From Octopus sinensis (lineage: Eukaryota), in assembly GCF_006345805.1 (NCBI RefSeq), contig NC_043007.1, forward strand, positions 65,534,001 to 65,598,000: a stretch of DNA of 64,000 nt, given 5' to 3'. The notes under the pieces were generated by a model. That model was not told the origin of the DNA. It did no database searches and saw nothing but the letters and a program-made list of their open reading frames with translations. Position 1 is the first letter of the stretch, and every line of letters begins with the position of its first letter. The position numbers were made by a program, and so were the translations under genes. This document shows, in pieces, positions 49,521 to 64,000 of this stretch.

Positions 49521-50216
49521 AACCTATCTCAACAACAAGACATTATAACAATTTTGATGACTGCATAAATGATAAACAGAACGCTATTAAGTATTTAATA
49601 AAAAACCTTTTGTAGATCTGACGTCAAAGGCAGACCATTGAAAGAGAATGGATAAAGAAATAATATGTAGAGAACAAATAAAGAGGGCTATATTGGTTGA
49701 AAAAATGTTCAAAGGTTTGGAAGTAGATTTCTCTATTGAAGTAAAGTGCCAGGTGAACCAAGTGTTCAAAGTATACAGACTGGTAAAATCACTTATATGA
49801 GCTAAAGTTATGTTTCTGCCATACCTTTGTAAGATCGCCCTATAAGTGTGTTAACAAGGTGATTCTTAGAGAAGAGAATATGGAAGAGTTCAGAGTTGCA
49901 AATGTTACAAAATCCTTTGCCCTTGTCATAAGGGAAAGAGATAGATAGAATGAACCAATCTAACTTAAAATCCTAATTGTTGTCTTTAAGATATCAAACC
50001 AATTTACTTAGCCCTGTGCTATAACGTTTACTGCTATCCCTAAATGAAGAATAATGATTAGAAATTCTCTTAGATAACTGGGAAGAGGAAGCGCCAATAT
50101 AGATATAGACATCGGTACCGCAAGAAATTTTACATTGGTATATAAAATTCTTAATATTAGAATTATTAGACATAAATGTAATTCTGTTGGGGTTGTCAAC
50201 CCCAACAGAATTAAAT
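49425..50216 (-). mobile_element. Penelope-like element 3' fragment (GIY-YIG endonuclease end plus 3' UTR/pLTR)
   Basis: KNFIYQCKISCGTDVYIYIGASSSQLSKRISNHYSSFR...STGLSKLV followed by GFCNICNSELFHIL; a hammerhead-like motif lies downstream on the same strand. Confidence 0.82.
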
Positions 50217-50221
50217 TGACA

Positions 50222-51137
50222 ACCTGGTACCGGTTTCGAAATTTGGCGCCAAATAGGTGCTCGATTCCTCATATACGACCGTAGAGGTCAGATTTAAAAC
50301 GGAAGAACTAACCCACAGGTACTCGGTGAACACCTTGAAAACAAAGGAGGTAGTACTTCTGCCAACATACATGGGGAGACATACTTGCCGTATAAAGGTG
50401 ACAGAAGAACCACCTGAAATAGACTCGAGGGAGGTGATGGCTACTCTGCAGAGTACATGCAAATTACATGCTCTGCCCCTTTAAACTTGGGACAAAGCAT
50501 TTCAGCCATCATCCAAGTGGCTCCGGAAGACATCGAAGTGCTTCCAGACCGGGTGCTCGTGTGAGTGGGTGGGTGGGAATGTGCCCTTTCGAATACAGTC
50601 GGAGGATAAAATCCCACCTGTTATGAATATGGAAAGAAGGGACACATTCGGCTCCATTGCGAGGAGAAACTAAAGGATGATAAACTTTTACAGACACCAG
50701 GCCCTACAATTGTGAAAAATAGCCCCAAGCCTGCACACACACCAACTCCTACAACGATAACCCCCCCCCTCCCGTTGCGGTACCGGCCCCAAAACACACA
50801 AACAAAACGACCCAACCGCTGCAGACAAAAGCCCCACCCTATCGCCCCAGAAAAGAAAGAAGACACTAAAGTCTTAATTGAATATAATATTAAAGACATT
50901 TATATGGACGAGATTGTCGTCACCCATCATCTAAAAAAACTTTTTCTCAAACACAGGGACTTAAATGAAAAGTGTGCCTGTATAGGGGAAACCCTATACA
51001 GACAGTTAAAGGAAAGGCATCCTAAAAACATCAGGAGGCCTGTGACCCTGCCCGGGTACTTGAAGAAGAAGGAGAAGGAAAGGGTTGCCTTGCGTGTGGT
51101 AAGGTCGGCCCCAACATCACCGGTCAAGGGTAAGTAG
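50222..51137 (+). pseudogene. Tx1 ORF1 remnant (nucleic-acid-binding protein)
   Basis: Broken frame containing PTCYEYGKKGHIRLHC (CCHC knuckle with the second Cys replaced by Tyr) and a Pro/Lys-rich tail ending at 51137. Confidence 0.7.
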
Positions 51138-51165
51138 AGCCCTTGCTTTCTTCCCCACTGTATTA

Positions 51166-54100
51166 ATGACTTCGCTTAACCTTGGACGTTTGAATGTGCG
51201 TGGTCTGAGCTCGGAGTGGAAGCAAGCCTGTTTCCTCGACGACCTCAGATCATAGGATATGCATGTGATGGTTGCTACAGAGACCAAGCTGGACAGTCTA
51301 CAAACCTCACCCCTCCTGAATGGCTATGGGAAAATCATGTCTCCTAGCCAAACCGGAGGTCGTGGGGGCATAGTAGTACTTGTTCGTAAAGGCTTGGCTC
51401 TGCAGACAAGTACAGTCTATGTGGACCCTGAAGGTGGATTAGTCGTCCTTGATGTAACATACAGCGGTAAGTTTTTCAGGTTGATCGGGATCTATGCAAC
51501 TTGTGCTAGAGGATTACAAACTGATTTTTATCGGTGCCTAGTGACCTTTCTCGTGACGTCGAAGACATTAGTGGTGTTAGGAGACTATAACGTTATAGTT
51601 AACGCACACATCGATAGCGTTGGCTCGACTGATAGGAAAGTAAACTCGCATCTCATAGATCTTCTGAAGAAATTTCAGCTAGCAGATCGTTACCGACTGG
51701 ACCATCTGAACGTCCCAGAGTGGACCTGGATGAATGGCAACGGAAGATTCAAGTCTTACTTAGACAGGATAGTGGTAAGAGATAGAGATAAGGCTAGCTT
51801 TAATTGTCCACAGTTTGTTCAGGTGCCCTACAACGACCATAGAATGGTCAAGTGTAGAATGAACATAGTACAGTTAAGAGAGGATCCGATTACTGGAAGC
51901 TGAACAAGTCAATTTTGACTTGCGAGGCATACCTTAGCCAGATTAAGGAAGTAGTACAGAGGGTGTTAACCGGCTCAGTGGTTAATAACCGGTGGTTGTT
52001 CGCTCTCAACTGAGTCATTCGTTTTGAATCTGTTAGGTATAGCTGTCAGCTAAGACTAGATAAGGCCAGAATAGAGGGGCAATTAGTTAAGGACTTAGAA
52101 GAGGCGTTGAGGTTGGGCTCTGCATCCCACATTTTGGCAGCGAGAACGGCCTTGGACCGTCACCTCAAAGCCAAACATGAGGGATGTAGAGTTCGGGATA
52201 AAGTGCGAACATTGTGCCGTGAGGGAATTAATATCGCCGGAGGGGCCCGTGCGGTTGAAACCCAGCGTGGGAATGATGCCACAATTAGGTCTCTTATTGA
52301 CGACAATGGGAGTTTGGCCGACGTTTGGGACGAGATGTATGAGGCGCTTTACAAGCACTTTGTTGAATTGTTCGGGAGAAGCGGGAAGCTGGATCATGGT
52401 GAGGCCCTTAGGGACTTCCTGTCTGGCGGCCCGCGTCTCTCGGCACGAGAGGCTGAGTGCTGGGAAGGGCCAATCACAGCCGAGGAGGTGATCGAGGTGT
52501 TAGGCGAATGCCCCGTGGAGAAATCGCCGGGTTTTGATGGTTTGCCCTATGAATTCTATAAGAGTATGCCAGACTTGTTCAGTAACTTCCGGCCCATAAC
52601 TCTGCTAAACACAGAGTTAAAGATTTTGGCCAAGTCCGTAGACGGACTTGTGGAGAGGGTGCAAACTTGCACAATCCCAGGCAGGTCGATCCACGACAAC
52701 CTCCATCTTCTACGCTACACCTTAAAGAGAGAGTAGAGAAGCTTTCTGGCGCAGGAGGGGCACTGGTACATTTAGACCAGTCTAAAGCGTTTGATAGTGT
52801 CGACCATCGGTACTTGGCGGCCGTCCTCGAGAAGGCTGGCTTGGGCCCGACCTTCTCCGGTTGGATTGCTGCTTTGTACAGCTATATCGAGCCTATCATT
52901 AAAGTGAATAGTTTCTTTTCGAAACCATTCAGGATCGAGCGCTCAGTGCGTCAGGGGTGTCCCCTGTCTCCGCTTTTGTATGTATTGGCTCTTGAGCCAT
53001 TGCTGCGGAAGTTGGAGGAATTAGGGGGCATGCCGCATGATCAATGGTGTTGAAAAGGTGCTACGGCGTATGCGGATGACATCTCCATCATTGTGGCGGA
53101 TGAGGGCCAGCTTTCAGTGGTGGAAGAGGTCATCAAAAACTACGAGGCGGTTGAAGGAGCAAAGGTTAACAAAGACAAGTCAGTCGGTTTGCAACTCGGC
53201 ACCTGGAGGAGCAAGCCGATGGCGTCCAATAACGCCGTGGGGCGTTGGACGGAAGGTCCTGTTAAGCTTCTCGGAGTCTGGTTTGGTTCGGACCTCCAGA
53301 TAGAGAATTGGAGTGAGGTGACCAGCAAGGACTGCTCTGACCCAGACCTGGTCTGGGCGGGCGTTATCCTTGCTAGGGAGGGCGGAGGTGGTGCAAATAT
53401 TTATAGCATCAGTTATCACCTACCGCCTGACCGTGGTGCCTTGCCCCGATTTGTGGCTGAGCAATTTGGAGAGAATCCTTTTCCACTTTTTGTGGAAGGC
53501 AGGAAAGCCACTTTGCGAAGCGCTCTGTCTGCTGCCAGAAACCGCTAAAGGGTGGGTTAGGGATACCTTGGCTGAAAATGCGAAAATTCACGTTAAGGTT
53601 GAGGCATCTCTGGCTTTACCTGGATGGAGAGCAGGTGTGGTCACCGCACGTCCGTTTCTACCTCCCACAGTTAAAGTCCTTAACGGACATTAGTACATGG
53701 ATCAAGCAGAGACCTAGACTGAGGAACTGGCAATTGGAGTGCCGTCAGGCACTTCAGCTACTCTCTCTGACGGACAATGCCGGCAACAAGTGTTCCACTG
53801 CAGATTTCTATAGCGGGATAGTAGGATCGAAGTCCGAAGACGCCTTGGGGGAGAGCCTGAGCTACGATGAAAGTCAGTTGATCAACCTGTTCAGAAGAAC
53901 TTTCGGGCCGGAGTATCTGGATAATTACCAGAAATCCCTGGTTTGGCAGTGCTTCCGTGCGGCGTTACCAGTTCGTGATAAACTGTCAAGGCACGGAAGT
54001 GCCGTCTCACCGACATGTCCAAGGTGCGAGCAGGATAGAGAAACCGTTTTTCACGCATTCATGGAATTTCCGGAATTATCGGGACGGATAAATTTTACAG

Positions 54101-54423
54101 AACAACTGTTGTCATCGACGGGAAGAGTACAGCTATCAGCTGAGTCTACATTCGAAATTGTGCCGCCTCCTTCCCTTAGCGGGGAGAGGAAGGCCTGTTT
54201 TTTTTTTTTCTGCGTGGTGGCCATATTGAAAGAAACAGTATGGAAGACGCGGCTGAAAGGGTTTGTGATGGGTATCTTTGTGTCTGACCAGGGGTTGGTC
54301 AACTTTTTTAGTTACCACCTCAGCAGTAAGATCAGGCTGGAGAAGAGGCACCTATCACGTGAGAGATTCAGAAAAAGATGGAAGCTTGTGGAGAGAAAGC
54401 TGGGAGTGACTGGCACCAAGTAA
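51166..54423 (+). pseudogene. Tx1 ORF2 remnant (APE endonuclease, RT, zf-RVT)
   Basis: MTSLNLGRLNVRGL, ATETKL, LGDYN, SYLDRI, DH (APE); KSPGFDGLP, FRPITLLN, LDQSKAFD, RQGCPLSP, AYADD (RT); ALPVRDKL, CPRC (zf-RVT); nonsense codons at about 51253 and 51901. Confidence 0.9.
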
Positions 54424-55547
54424 GCAACGGTTCTACTCTGGTGAAGGATGCCTTTCCTTCGTGGTTGTCAGGAATACGTAGCTTTAAGGAGAGAAGGGGT
54501 AGGTGGTTTTTCTGCTGTCCATCAAAAAGAAACACTCGCACACACAGACACACACGCACACACACACGCACACACACACGCACACACATACATATACATA
54601 CATATGTACATACTTACATATGTCTACTATACACCTTTTTAAACTCACGATTACCTGTGTGTACGTTTCTTAACGTGTGTGTGTGTGTGAGTGTGTGTCT
54701 GTGTGTGTGTCACGTCCTGTAACGTCTCTCTTCTTTTGTAGGGTCTTCCTTGTTGCTGTTACATACTTTGAGATTAAAATTACTTCAAAATTTGGTATTT
54801 TTCACGTAAAAATTCGATTTTGTTATTTATTTGTTCCAGAAAAATTGCAGAAAAATGTACTGTGGTTTAAAGTTTAATCATTTTTACCTCATCCAAAAAC
54901 AGGATTTGGAAGCTGGCATTTTCTGCATGATAGCTGTCAATCACAAAATGAAAGTAAAATCATTAGGAGGAGGAATTTTTTTTTATTAAAGAAACGAAAG
55001 CAAAGCATTACCACTCCCAAAGTTGTAAGAACTTCTGAAGTTTTAATAAGTTTTAATGAATAAAGTCATGTGAAACGATCGAAAAGACACGAAAATAATT
55101 TAACGCGGAAAAAATCTTCAACGAAGTCTTATGGCAAAAAAAAATTGCACAAATCTGTCCTGATTAAGTGCCCTATCTGTCGGGAAAGGCATGGTCTGGC
55201 ATGGAATGAACAAAGACATTTTATTGTTAAAAATGCCTCGCAACGATGGTGCCTAACTACTAGAAAGTGGAGCTCCTCCAGATAAACCACCAATAATACT
55301 CAAAAATACAATCATGCGAACGGGTAGAGAATTTAGACATACCATCATAGCTAAATGCTATATAGTCTGGCATTTTGGATACACTTGTTTCATGATTTCG
55401 GGTTCTGGCGAATAATCCTTAACTCTCCTCAGCAAATTTTACAAATTGAAAAAATTAAACTCATTACGTTGAAGTCTACTGGTGTTCTGAACTGTTTTGC
55501 GCCAAAATCAGAACAGCTTCAGTGCGGCGGCATCGTCGTCGTCGTCA

Positions 55548-55599
55548 TTCATTATTATTATTACTATTATTATTATTATTATTATTATTACTATTATTA

Positions 55600-55682
<83 letters not shown>

Positions 55683-55690
55683 TATTATTG
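55548..55690. repeat. (ATT)n microsatellite
   Basis: About 45 ATT/ACT units. Confidence 0.95.
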
Positions 55691-56074
55691 TCTGCAGTAA
55701 ATTATAAATAATTGACAATAACAACAGCAATAATATAGGTGGTTGCAGGAGTTAAATAGCGTTAGATAGCTATAGAATTAAAATTCATACTTATCATAAG
55801 GGCACACGAGGCGCTTCCCTGCTGGCGCAAAACATTTCAGGACGACGGCAGATTTCAACGTGACGAGTTGAATTTTTTCACTTGCCAAAACACGATATCA
55901 TGATACAAGTGTATCCAAAATGGCAGACTATATAGCATTTAGCTATGATGGTGTGTCTAAATTCTTTACCCGTTCATCGGACTACTGTTGTATTTTTCAG
56001 TGTTATTGGTGGTTTATCTGGAGGTTTTAACTCCACTTTCTAGCTGGTAGGCGCCTCATGTGCCCTTATGATAA

Positions 56075-56438
56075 ATATAAATTTTAATCTTATAGCTACC
56101 TAACGCTATTTAACGCCTGCAACCGACTATATTATTGTTGTTGTTATTGTCAATTATTTATATTTACCGCAGACAATAATAACAATAATTATATCTACAT
56201 AAATGTTCGCATTTGAATATTTACTCCTGTGTGTGTGTGTATATATAACGAATTTTTAAAATTGATCAATGAGTACATTATATCATTATAAAAAGCCGTT
56301 TTCATCAGATGAATACATGAATTTTATAATCAAGGACAATTGATTTTAAACATATTTGGTGATTCCACGACTGGTGCTTGTCGCAGATCCGACCTAAATG
56401 CCTTACCTTTAAGTACCTTATTCAATTGAATCTTGTTT

Positions 56439-56509
<71 letters not shown>

Positions 56510-56899
56510 AATATATAATATATAATATATATATATATAAAACAAGATTCAATTGAATAAGGTACTTAAAGGTAAGGCATTTAGGTCGGATCTGCGACAA
56601 GCACCAGTCGTGGAACCACCAAATATGTTTAAAATCAATTGTCCTTGATTATAAAATTCATGTATTCATCTGATGAAAACGACTTTTTATAATGATATAA
56701 TGTACTCATTGATCCATTAAAAAAATTCTTTATATATACACACACAGGAGTAAATATTCAAATGCGAACATTTATGTAGATATAATTATTGTTATTATTG
56801 TCTGCGGTAAATATAAATAATTGACAATAACAACAACAATAATATAGTCGGTTGCAGGCGTTAAATAGCGTTAGGTAGCTATAAGATTAAAATTTATAT
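56075..56899. repeat. ~825-bp near-perfect palindrome centred on (TA)n
   Basis: 56075-~56440 is the reverse complement of ~56540-56899, with only a few substitutions and indels. Confidence 0.93.
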
Positions 56900-57014
56900 A
56901 TATATATATATATAAATTGGTCCGTATGTCTAGGTTCAACAAAAAAGAGTACTCCATCTAACGAGAGTAAATATTGTGAGTTGTTCATGAAAAACTATAT
57001 ATATATATATAATG

Positions 57015-57084
<70 letters not shown>

Positions 57085-59303
57085 ATATACATAATACAGA
57101 CGCACACACACACATATACATATATATATATGGTGGTTGTCTATTCCTTATGCAGAGTCTGACCACCTCTTGTACCTACGCCTTAGATTCATCATGACGT
57201 CTGATGTGGCGTTTTGAAAGAGACAATGTATTGAAAAGACACCCACTCAGATTGCATATCCGATTTGGACTACCGAGGGCTGCAGTTAAGTTCTGATTTT
57301 TGTATATCTTAAAATGTCCTTTGAGGTTCCGTTAGATTTGCAGACCTTATGACATACACGGCATTGAAAAGTGTGCATAGATACATAGGCAGAATTGTTG
57401 ATAGAGGTTTGTTTATCATTGGTCCACAAACGAGATTTGAGTCCAGCAAATAAAAGGCATGGTCTGTCACAAATGTGCGCACAAAATAATAATAATAGAT
57501 CATCATAAAGCTGTCCTACAGTTTCATCAGAATGAGACATTGTTGGTGCACAAATACTGACAACAGTAAGAAACCTACCTTTTGGTCAGGTTTATACGGT
57601 TTGACATGATTCGTTCAGATATATCACTTGGAGTTTCTGCAATGGAGGATACTAATGAATTCGTGAGAGCAAGCCCAGCACCAGATTCTGTATGCTGACC
57701 CTCAGGTAGGCCTCTCTAGAAGATAGTATATCCATAAGTAGGCTCATTTATTTGACCCTCACCAGAGAGACAAGTTTCAGAGAGCTTAACTATATCAAGG
57801 GAATATTTTTAAAGCTCACAAACAATAAGAGCAGAGCGTATTTCAAGCCTGTTGTTGAAATTATCATCTAGAAATGTGCGCACATTCCAACAGCCAAAAT
57901 TCAGAGGATGTTTATTTTTACACCTTGAAGATTGTTTAACCATAGGACCAGGATGACGACCGGGACCAGCCTGTGACACAATGGGACACCTACCAAGTCA
58001 GATCTGTTCCTCTGACGTTCCCAAGCTTTTTTTGCAATTTACTGAACCTGTCCGAGACATTTCAGAGTAAGTTGCAGGTGCATTTTCAGGTTTATGCCAA
58101 CCAATTTAATGATTTTACTAAGATTTTTGTACAAGAAGTACCTGTGCCGATGAATAATTTCCAGTGGTTGTGCTGGCACGGCACTACCCCCTCCTATTGG
58201 CTGGTGTGATATGAAAATTGATATAACTGGGAATTTCCAAGGCCTCGGGCTTATTTCGGAGAGTTCCTTCTCCTAGGTAGATTACCAACCAAAGTTAAAG
58301 AGCTTCTGCCTGGCCATGAGGTAGGCTATCCCATGCCAGACACCAAACCGACACCCAAACGCTCCGTAGAGTGGTTAAATAACATTTCAGTGTCCGACGC
58401 GGAGCAGCTCATACATAATACATACATACATACATACATACATACCCCTCCCTCCTAAAAGAAGAAAATGATATATACATATTTACACATATATGTTGGA
58501 TGGCCGTTAACTACTTATAACTTCCTCCACCATTTGACGGGTCTTATTTTTCGTCTCGCAGGGTATCCAACAGGTTGGTGGGGTTGCCAGTTTAGCCACT
58601 AGGTAACCGGTTGTACTGCCTTACATATTACCAGTAGCGAACAAAAGCGACTAATAGCACCCGAGAGCGACCTAACTCTATGTATATACATAGATGTGTA
58701 TGTATGTATATGAATATGTGTGTGCGTGTATAGGTGTGTGTGGTGTATGTGTACATATATATGCTAATATATATGTGTATATATATGTATTATATTTGTA
58801 TATTTATTTATATATGCATGTATATTTGTGTATGCGTGTATATATATATATATACACACACACATATATATAGGCATAGATATGCACTTACATGCATGCC
58901 CCCCCCCCCACACATACACACATGATTGTGGTTGTTCTGTACATAAATGGGTGCAGTCGATTTGTTTATGTGACTTATTTTCTGGCCAGGAATAAAAGTA
59001 CACAAATGATGACGCCTGGAAATGAGGGTGAGGGTGGTTTACCCCCCATCCGTTCCCCGCTTCCTTGAAAGGGTGGTCGGTTGATCATTTAGGATTCTCT
59101 TCTCTCCAATAAAGTAAGGACCGCACGGTAAACAGACGGGCTTTTTTGATGGAGCACCTGTTAGTTTGTTGGGTTTACTTTCTTCCCTGCATCTTATTGT
59201 GTATCTGTGTGCCAATACTCAAGTGTGTGTGTATGTGTCGTTGATTATGTACGTGTCTGGGTATCTGCTTCGTATTTGTGTCTTTGTGTTTGTATGGCAC
59301 CCA

Positions 59304-59351
<48 letters not shown>

Positions 59352-59470
59352 ACTGATCATATATGTATGCATGTATGGTACTGATCTTGTATTGATTATG
59401 CGCGTCTGTATCACAGTTTATACGTCTGTGTATATCAGTGGACGTGTGTTCATTGCTTAAATGCAGCTGG

Positions 59471-59505
<35 letters not shown>

Positions 59506-59552
59506 GATGAATGGGTGTGTATGTATGTGTGTGTGTATGTATGTGTGTGTGT

Positions 59553-59969
59553 GATCTTGTATCTGTACCGCTGATTACATTAAATGCGTGTCACTTGTGT
59601 CTCTGTTAGTACGTATGCAGCTTGTGCCCATATGTGTGTGTGTGAGTGTGTGTGTGAGTGTGTGTGTGTGTGTGTGTGTGTCTGTGTGTGTGTATGTATG
59701 AATGTGTGTGTATGTATGTGTGTGTGTGATCTTGTATCTGTACCGCTGATTACATTAAATGCGTGTCACTTGTGTCTCTGTTACTATGTATTCAGCTTGT
59801 GCCTAAATGTGTGTGTGTGTGTGTGTGTCTGTGTGTGTGTATGTATGAATGTGTGTGTATGTGTGTGCGTGTATGTATGTGTGTGTCATTGATCTTGTAT
59901 CTGTATCGCTGATTACATTAAATGCGTGTCACTTGTGTCTCTGTTACTATGTATTCAGCTTGTGCCTAA

Positions 59970-60002
<33 letters not shown>

Positions 60003-60294
60003 TGTGTGTGTGTATGTATGAATGTGTATGTATGTGTGTATGTGATCTTGTATCTGTACCGCTGATTACATTAAATGCGTGTCACTTGTGACCCTGTTAC
60101 TATGTATTCAGCTTGTGCCTAAATGTGTGTGTGTGTGTGTATGTGAGTGTGTGTATGTGAGTGTGTGTGTGTATGTATGTGTGTATGTGATCTTGTATCT
60201 GTACCGCTGATTACATTAAATGCGTGTCACTTGTGTCTCTGTTACTATCTATGCAGCTTGTGCCTAAATGTGTGTGTGTGTGTGTGTATGTATG

Positions 60295-60359
<65 letters not shown>

Positions 60360-60669
60360 GTGTGTGTGATTTCGTATCTGTACCGCTGATTACATTAAAT
60401 GCGTGTCACTTGTGTCTCTGTTACTATGTTTTCAGCTTGTGCCTAAATGTGTGTGTGTGTATGTGTCTGTGTGTGTGTATGTATGAATGTGTGTGTATGT
60501 ATGTGTGTATGTATGTATGTATGTGTGTGATCTTGTATCTATACCGCTGATTACATTAAATGCGTGTCACTTGTGTCTCTGTTACTATGTATTCAGCTTG
60601 TGCCTATATGTGTGTGTGTGAGTGTTTTGTGTGTGTGTGTGTGTGTGTGTGTGTATGAATGTGTGTGTA

Positions 60670-60704
<35 letters not shown>

Positions 60705-60970
60705 CATTGATCTTGTATCTGTACCGCTGATTACATTAAATGCGTGTCACTTGTGTTTCTGTTACTATGTATGTAGCTTGTGCCTAAATGGGTGTGTATG
60801 TGTGACTGTGTGTGTGTGTATGTGTGTGTGTGTGTATGTGTGTGTGTGTGTGTATGTGTGTGGTGTGTGTGTGTGTGTGTGTGTCACTGATCTTGCATCT
60901 GTATCGCTGATTATATGCGCGGGTCACTTATGCCTGTGTTACTATTATTATGTATGCTACTTGTGTCTAA
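59553..60970. repeat. Composite tandem array: ~80-bp conserved core with variable GT/GTAT spacers
   Basis: Cores (gatcttgtatctgtaccgctgattacattaaatgcgtgtcacttgtg...) start at 59553, 59728, 59891, 60044, 60189, 60368, 60529, 60709 and 60889. Confidence 0.93.
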
Positions 60971-61090
60971 CTGTGTGTTTGTGTGTGCGACGCTTGTTTT
61001 TGTTACCAGGTTTGTGTCGGCGTATGTTGTTACTAATGATTGTGTGTCTTGTTATGCATCAATGTTCTAGTCGTATGTCTACTTTACTAG

Positions 61091-61137
<47 letters not shown>

Positions 61138-61149
61138 TGTGTGTGTAGT

Positions 61150-61645
61150 GTCTGTGTTTGTAGTTATGTTTGAGTGTGTTACAAGTTATGTGTGTGTGTG
61201 TGTGTGTGTGTGTGCGTGCGTGTGTGTGACTCGTGTCTGCGTTACTAGTTATTGTGTGCATGTGTCTGTGTTACCAGTCATGTGTGTGTATGTCACTTAT
61301 GTGTCTGCGTTACCTGTTATGTGTGGTGTGTTTGTGTCACATGTCTGCGTTGCTAGTTATGTGTGTGTGTGTGTGTGTGTGTGACTCGTGTCTGCGTTAC
61401 TAATTATTGTGTCATGTGTCTGTGTTACTAGTCATGTGTGTGTATGTCACTTACGTGTCTACGTTACTAGTAATGTGTGTGTATGTGTATGATGCGTCTA
61501 TGTTACTAGTTCTGTGTGTGTCACTTATGGGGCTGCATTAATAGTTGTGTGTGTGTGTGTGTGTGTGTGACTCGTGTCTGCGTATGTGAGTGTGTCTACG
61601 TTACTAGTTATGTGTAGTGTGTGTTACTATTTGTGTATGTGTCAC
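61150..61645. repeat. Degenerate minisatellite (gtgtctgcgttactagttat units with GT runs)
   Basis: About a dozen diverged units, with higher-order repeats starting gtgactcgtgtctgcgt. Confidence 0.8.
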
Positions 61646-61650
61646 TTTTG

Positions 61651-63400
<1,750 letters not shown>

Positions 63401-63902
63401 GTTGATGTTACCGCTTGTGTGTGTTTACTAGTCAAATAAATAAATAAATAAATAAATGACCGTCCTGAAATGCAACAATATTTGTTTTAATACACGACTT
63501 CACATCAGGAATTTTGTAACACAAATTCATATGTGCGTGTGTGCGCGCGTGTGTATCTGCGTATGTGTGCGCGCGTGTGCATGCATGTATGTGTGTATAT
63601 ATGTGTATATGTGTGTGTGTATGTACATGTAATATATTATATATACTATATATATATATATATATAATATATATATATATATATGTTTGTGGTGTATATA
63701 TGTATGTGTATCTATTTGTGTGTGTGTATTTATATTTTAAGGCTACCATTGGTTTCATATTAAAGGGATACTTCAACAATTATCAGGCCTATCACATTGA
63801 AAGATGTGATCGTCTCCAAAATGGTAGCCTAAATATACAAATAAAAAATCTTCATTCACCATTGCGTTGTTGAGCACTCATTCTCATATTAACGTGTACG
63901 TG

Positions 63903-63961
<59 letters not shown>

Positions 63962-64000
63962 TGTTGTGTCTGCAGAGGGACAGAGAGAGAGAAGGAAAGA

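Larger units (their letters stand above)
50220..54530 (+). mobile_element. Near full-length, pseudogenised L1/Tx1-type LINE
   Basis: ORF1 remnant with a zinc knuckle, then ORF2 with APE, RT and zf-RVT domains; several stops and frameshifts. Confidence 0.92.

Noticed and set aside
55070-55285. ORF with CPICRERHGLAW as a transposase zinc finger
   Set aside because: It is short, has no catalytic motifs and no identifiable TIRs, so no family can be assigned without a search.
59553-60970. CRISPR array
   Set aside because: The context is eukaryotic, the repeats are ~80 bp, the spacers are GT/GTAT microsatellites rather than unique sequence, and there are no cas genes.

Overview
AT-rich, microsatellite- and repeat-dense eukaryotic DNA. 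The repeat families look like those of a coleoid cephalopod, probably Octopus (inference from recalled repeat motifs; no search was run). Positions 929-39664 on the + strand hold the last 13 recognisable coding exons of a claspin (CLSPN) gene. They splice in frame with GT-AG boundaries to about 500 aa; the start of the gene lies upstream of the window. Claspin intron 2909-12027 carries a full-length, apparently very young antisense Gypsy LTR retrotransposon of the CsRn1 type (3608-9438). It has a 4-bp TSD, a tRNA-Trp PBS, a PPT, a CHCC Gag motif and a GGGAAAC -1 frameshift signal, and it interrupts an older RTE LINE relic. The introns also hold many tRNA-derived SINEs, TTAA-flanked MITEs, a deleted mariner, a 267-bp hairpin and a minisatellite. 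Downstream of the gene are two L1/Tx1-type LINEs, a CR1/L2-type fragment, a Penelope-like GIY-YIG fragment with a degenerate hammerhead ribozyme, two ~0.8-kb palindromes associated with (TA)n, and a composite satellite of ~80-bp cores with microsatellite spacers. All alignments and identities were judged by eye. Most short ORFs in the supplied track are artefacts of repeats.
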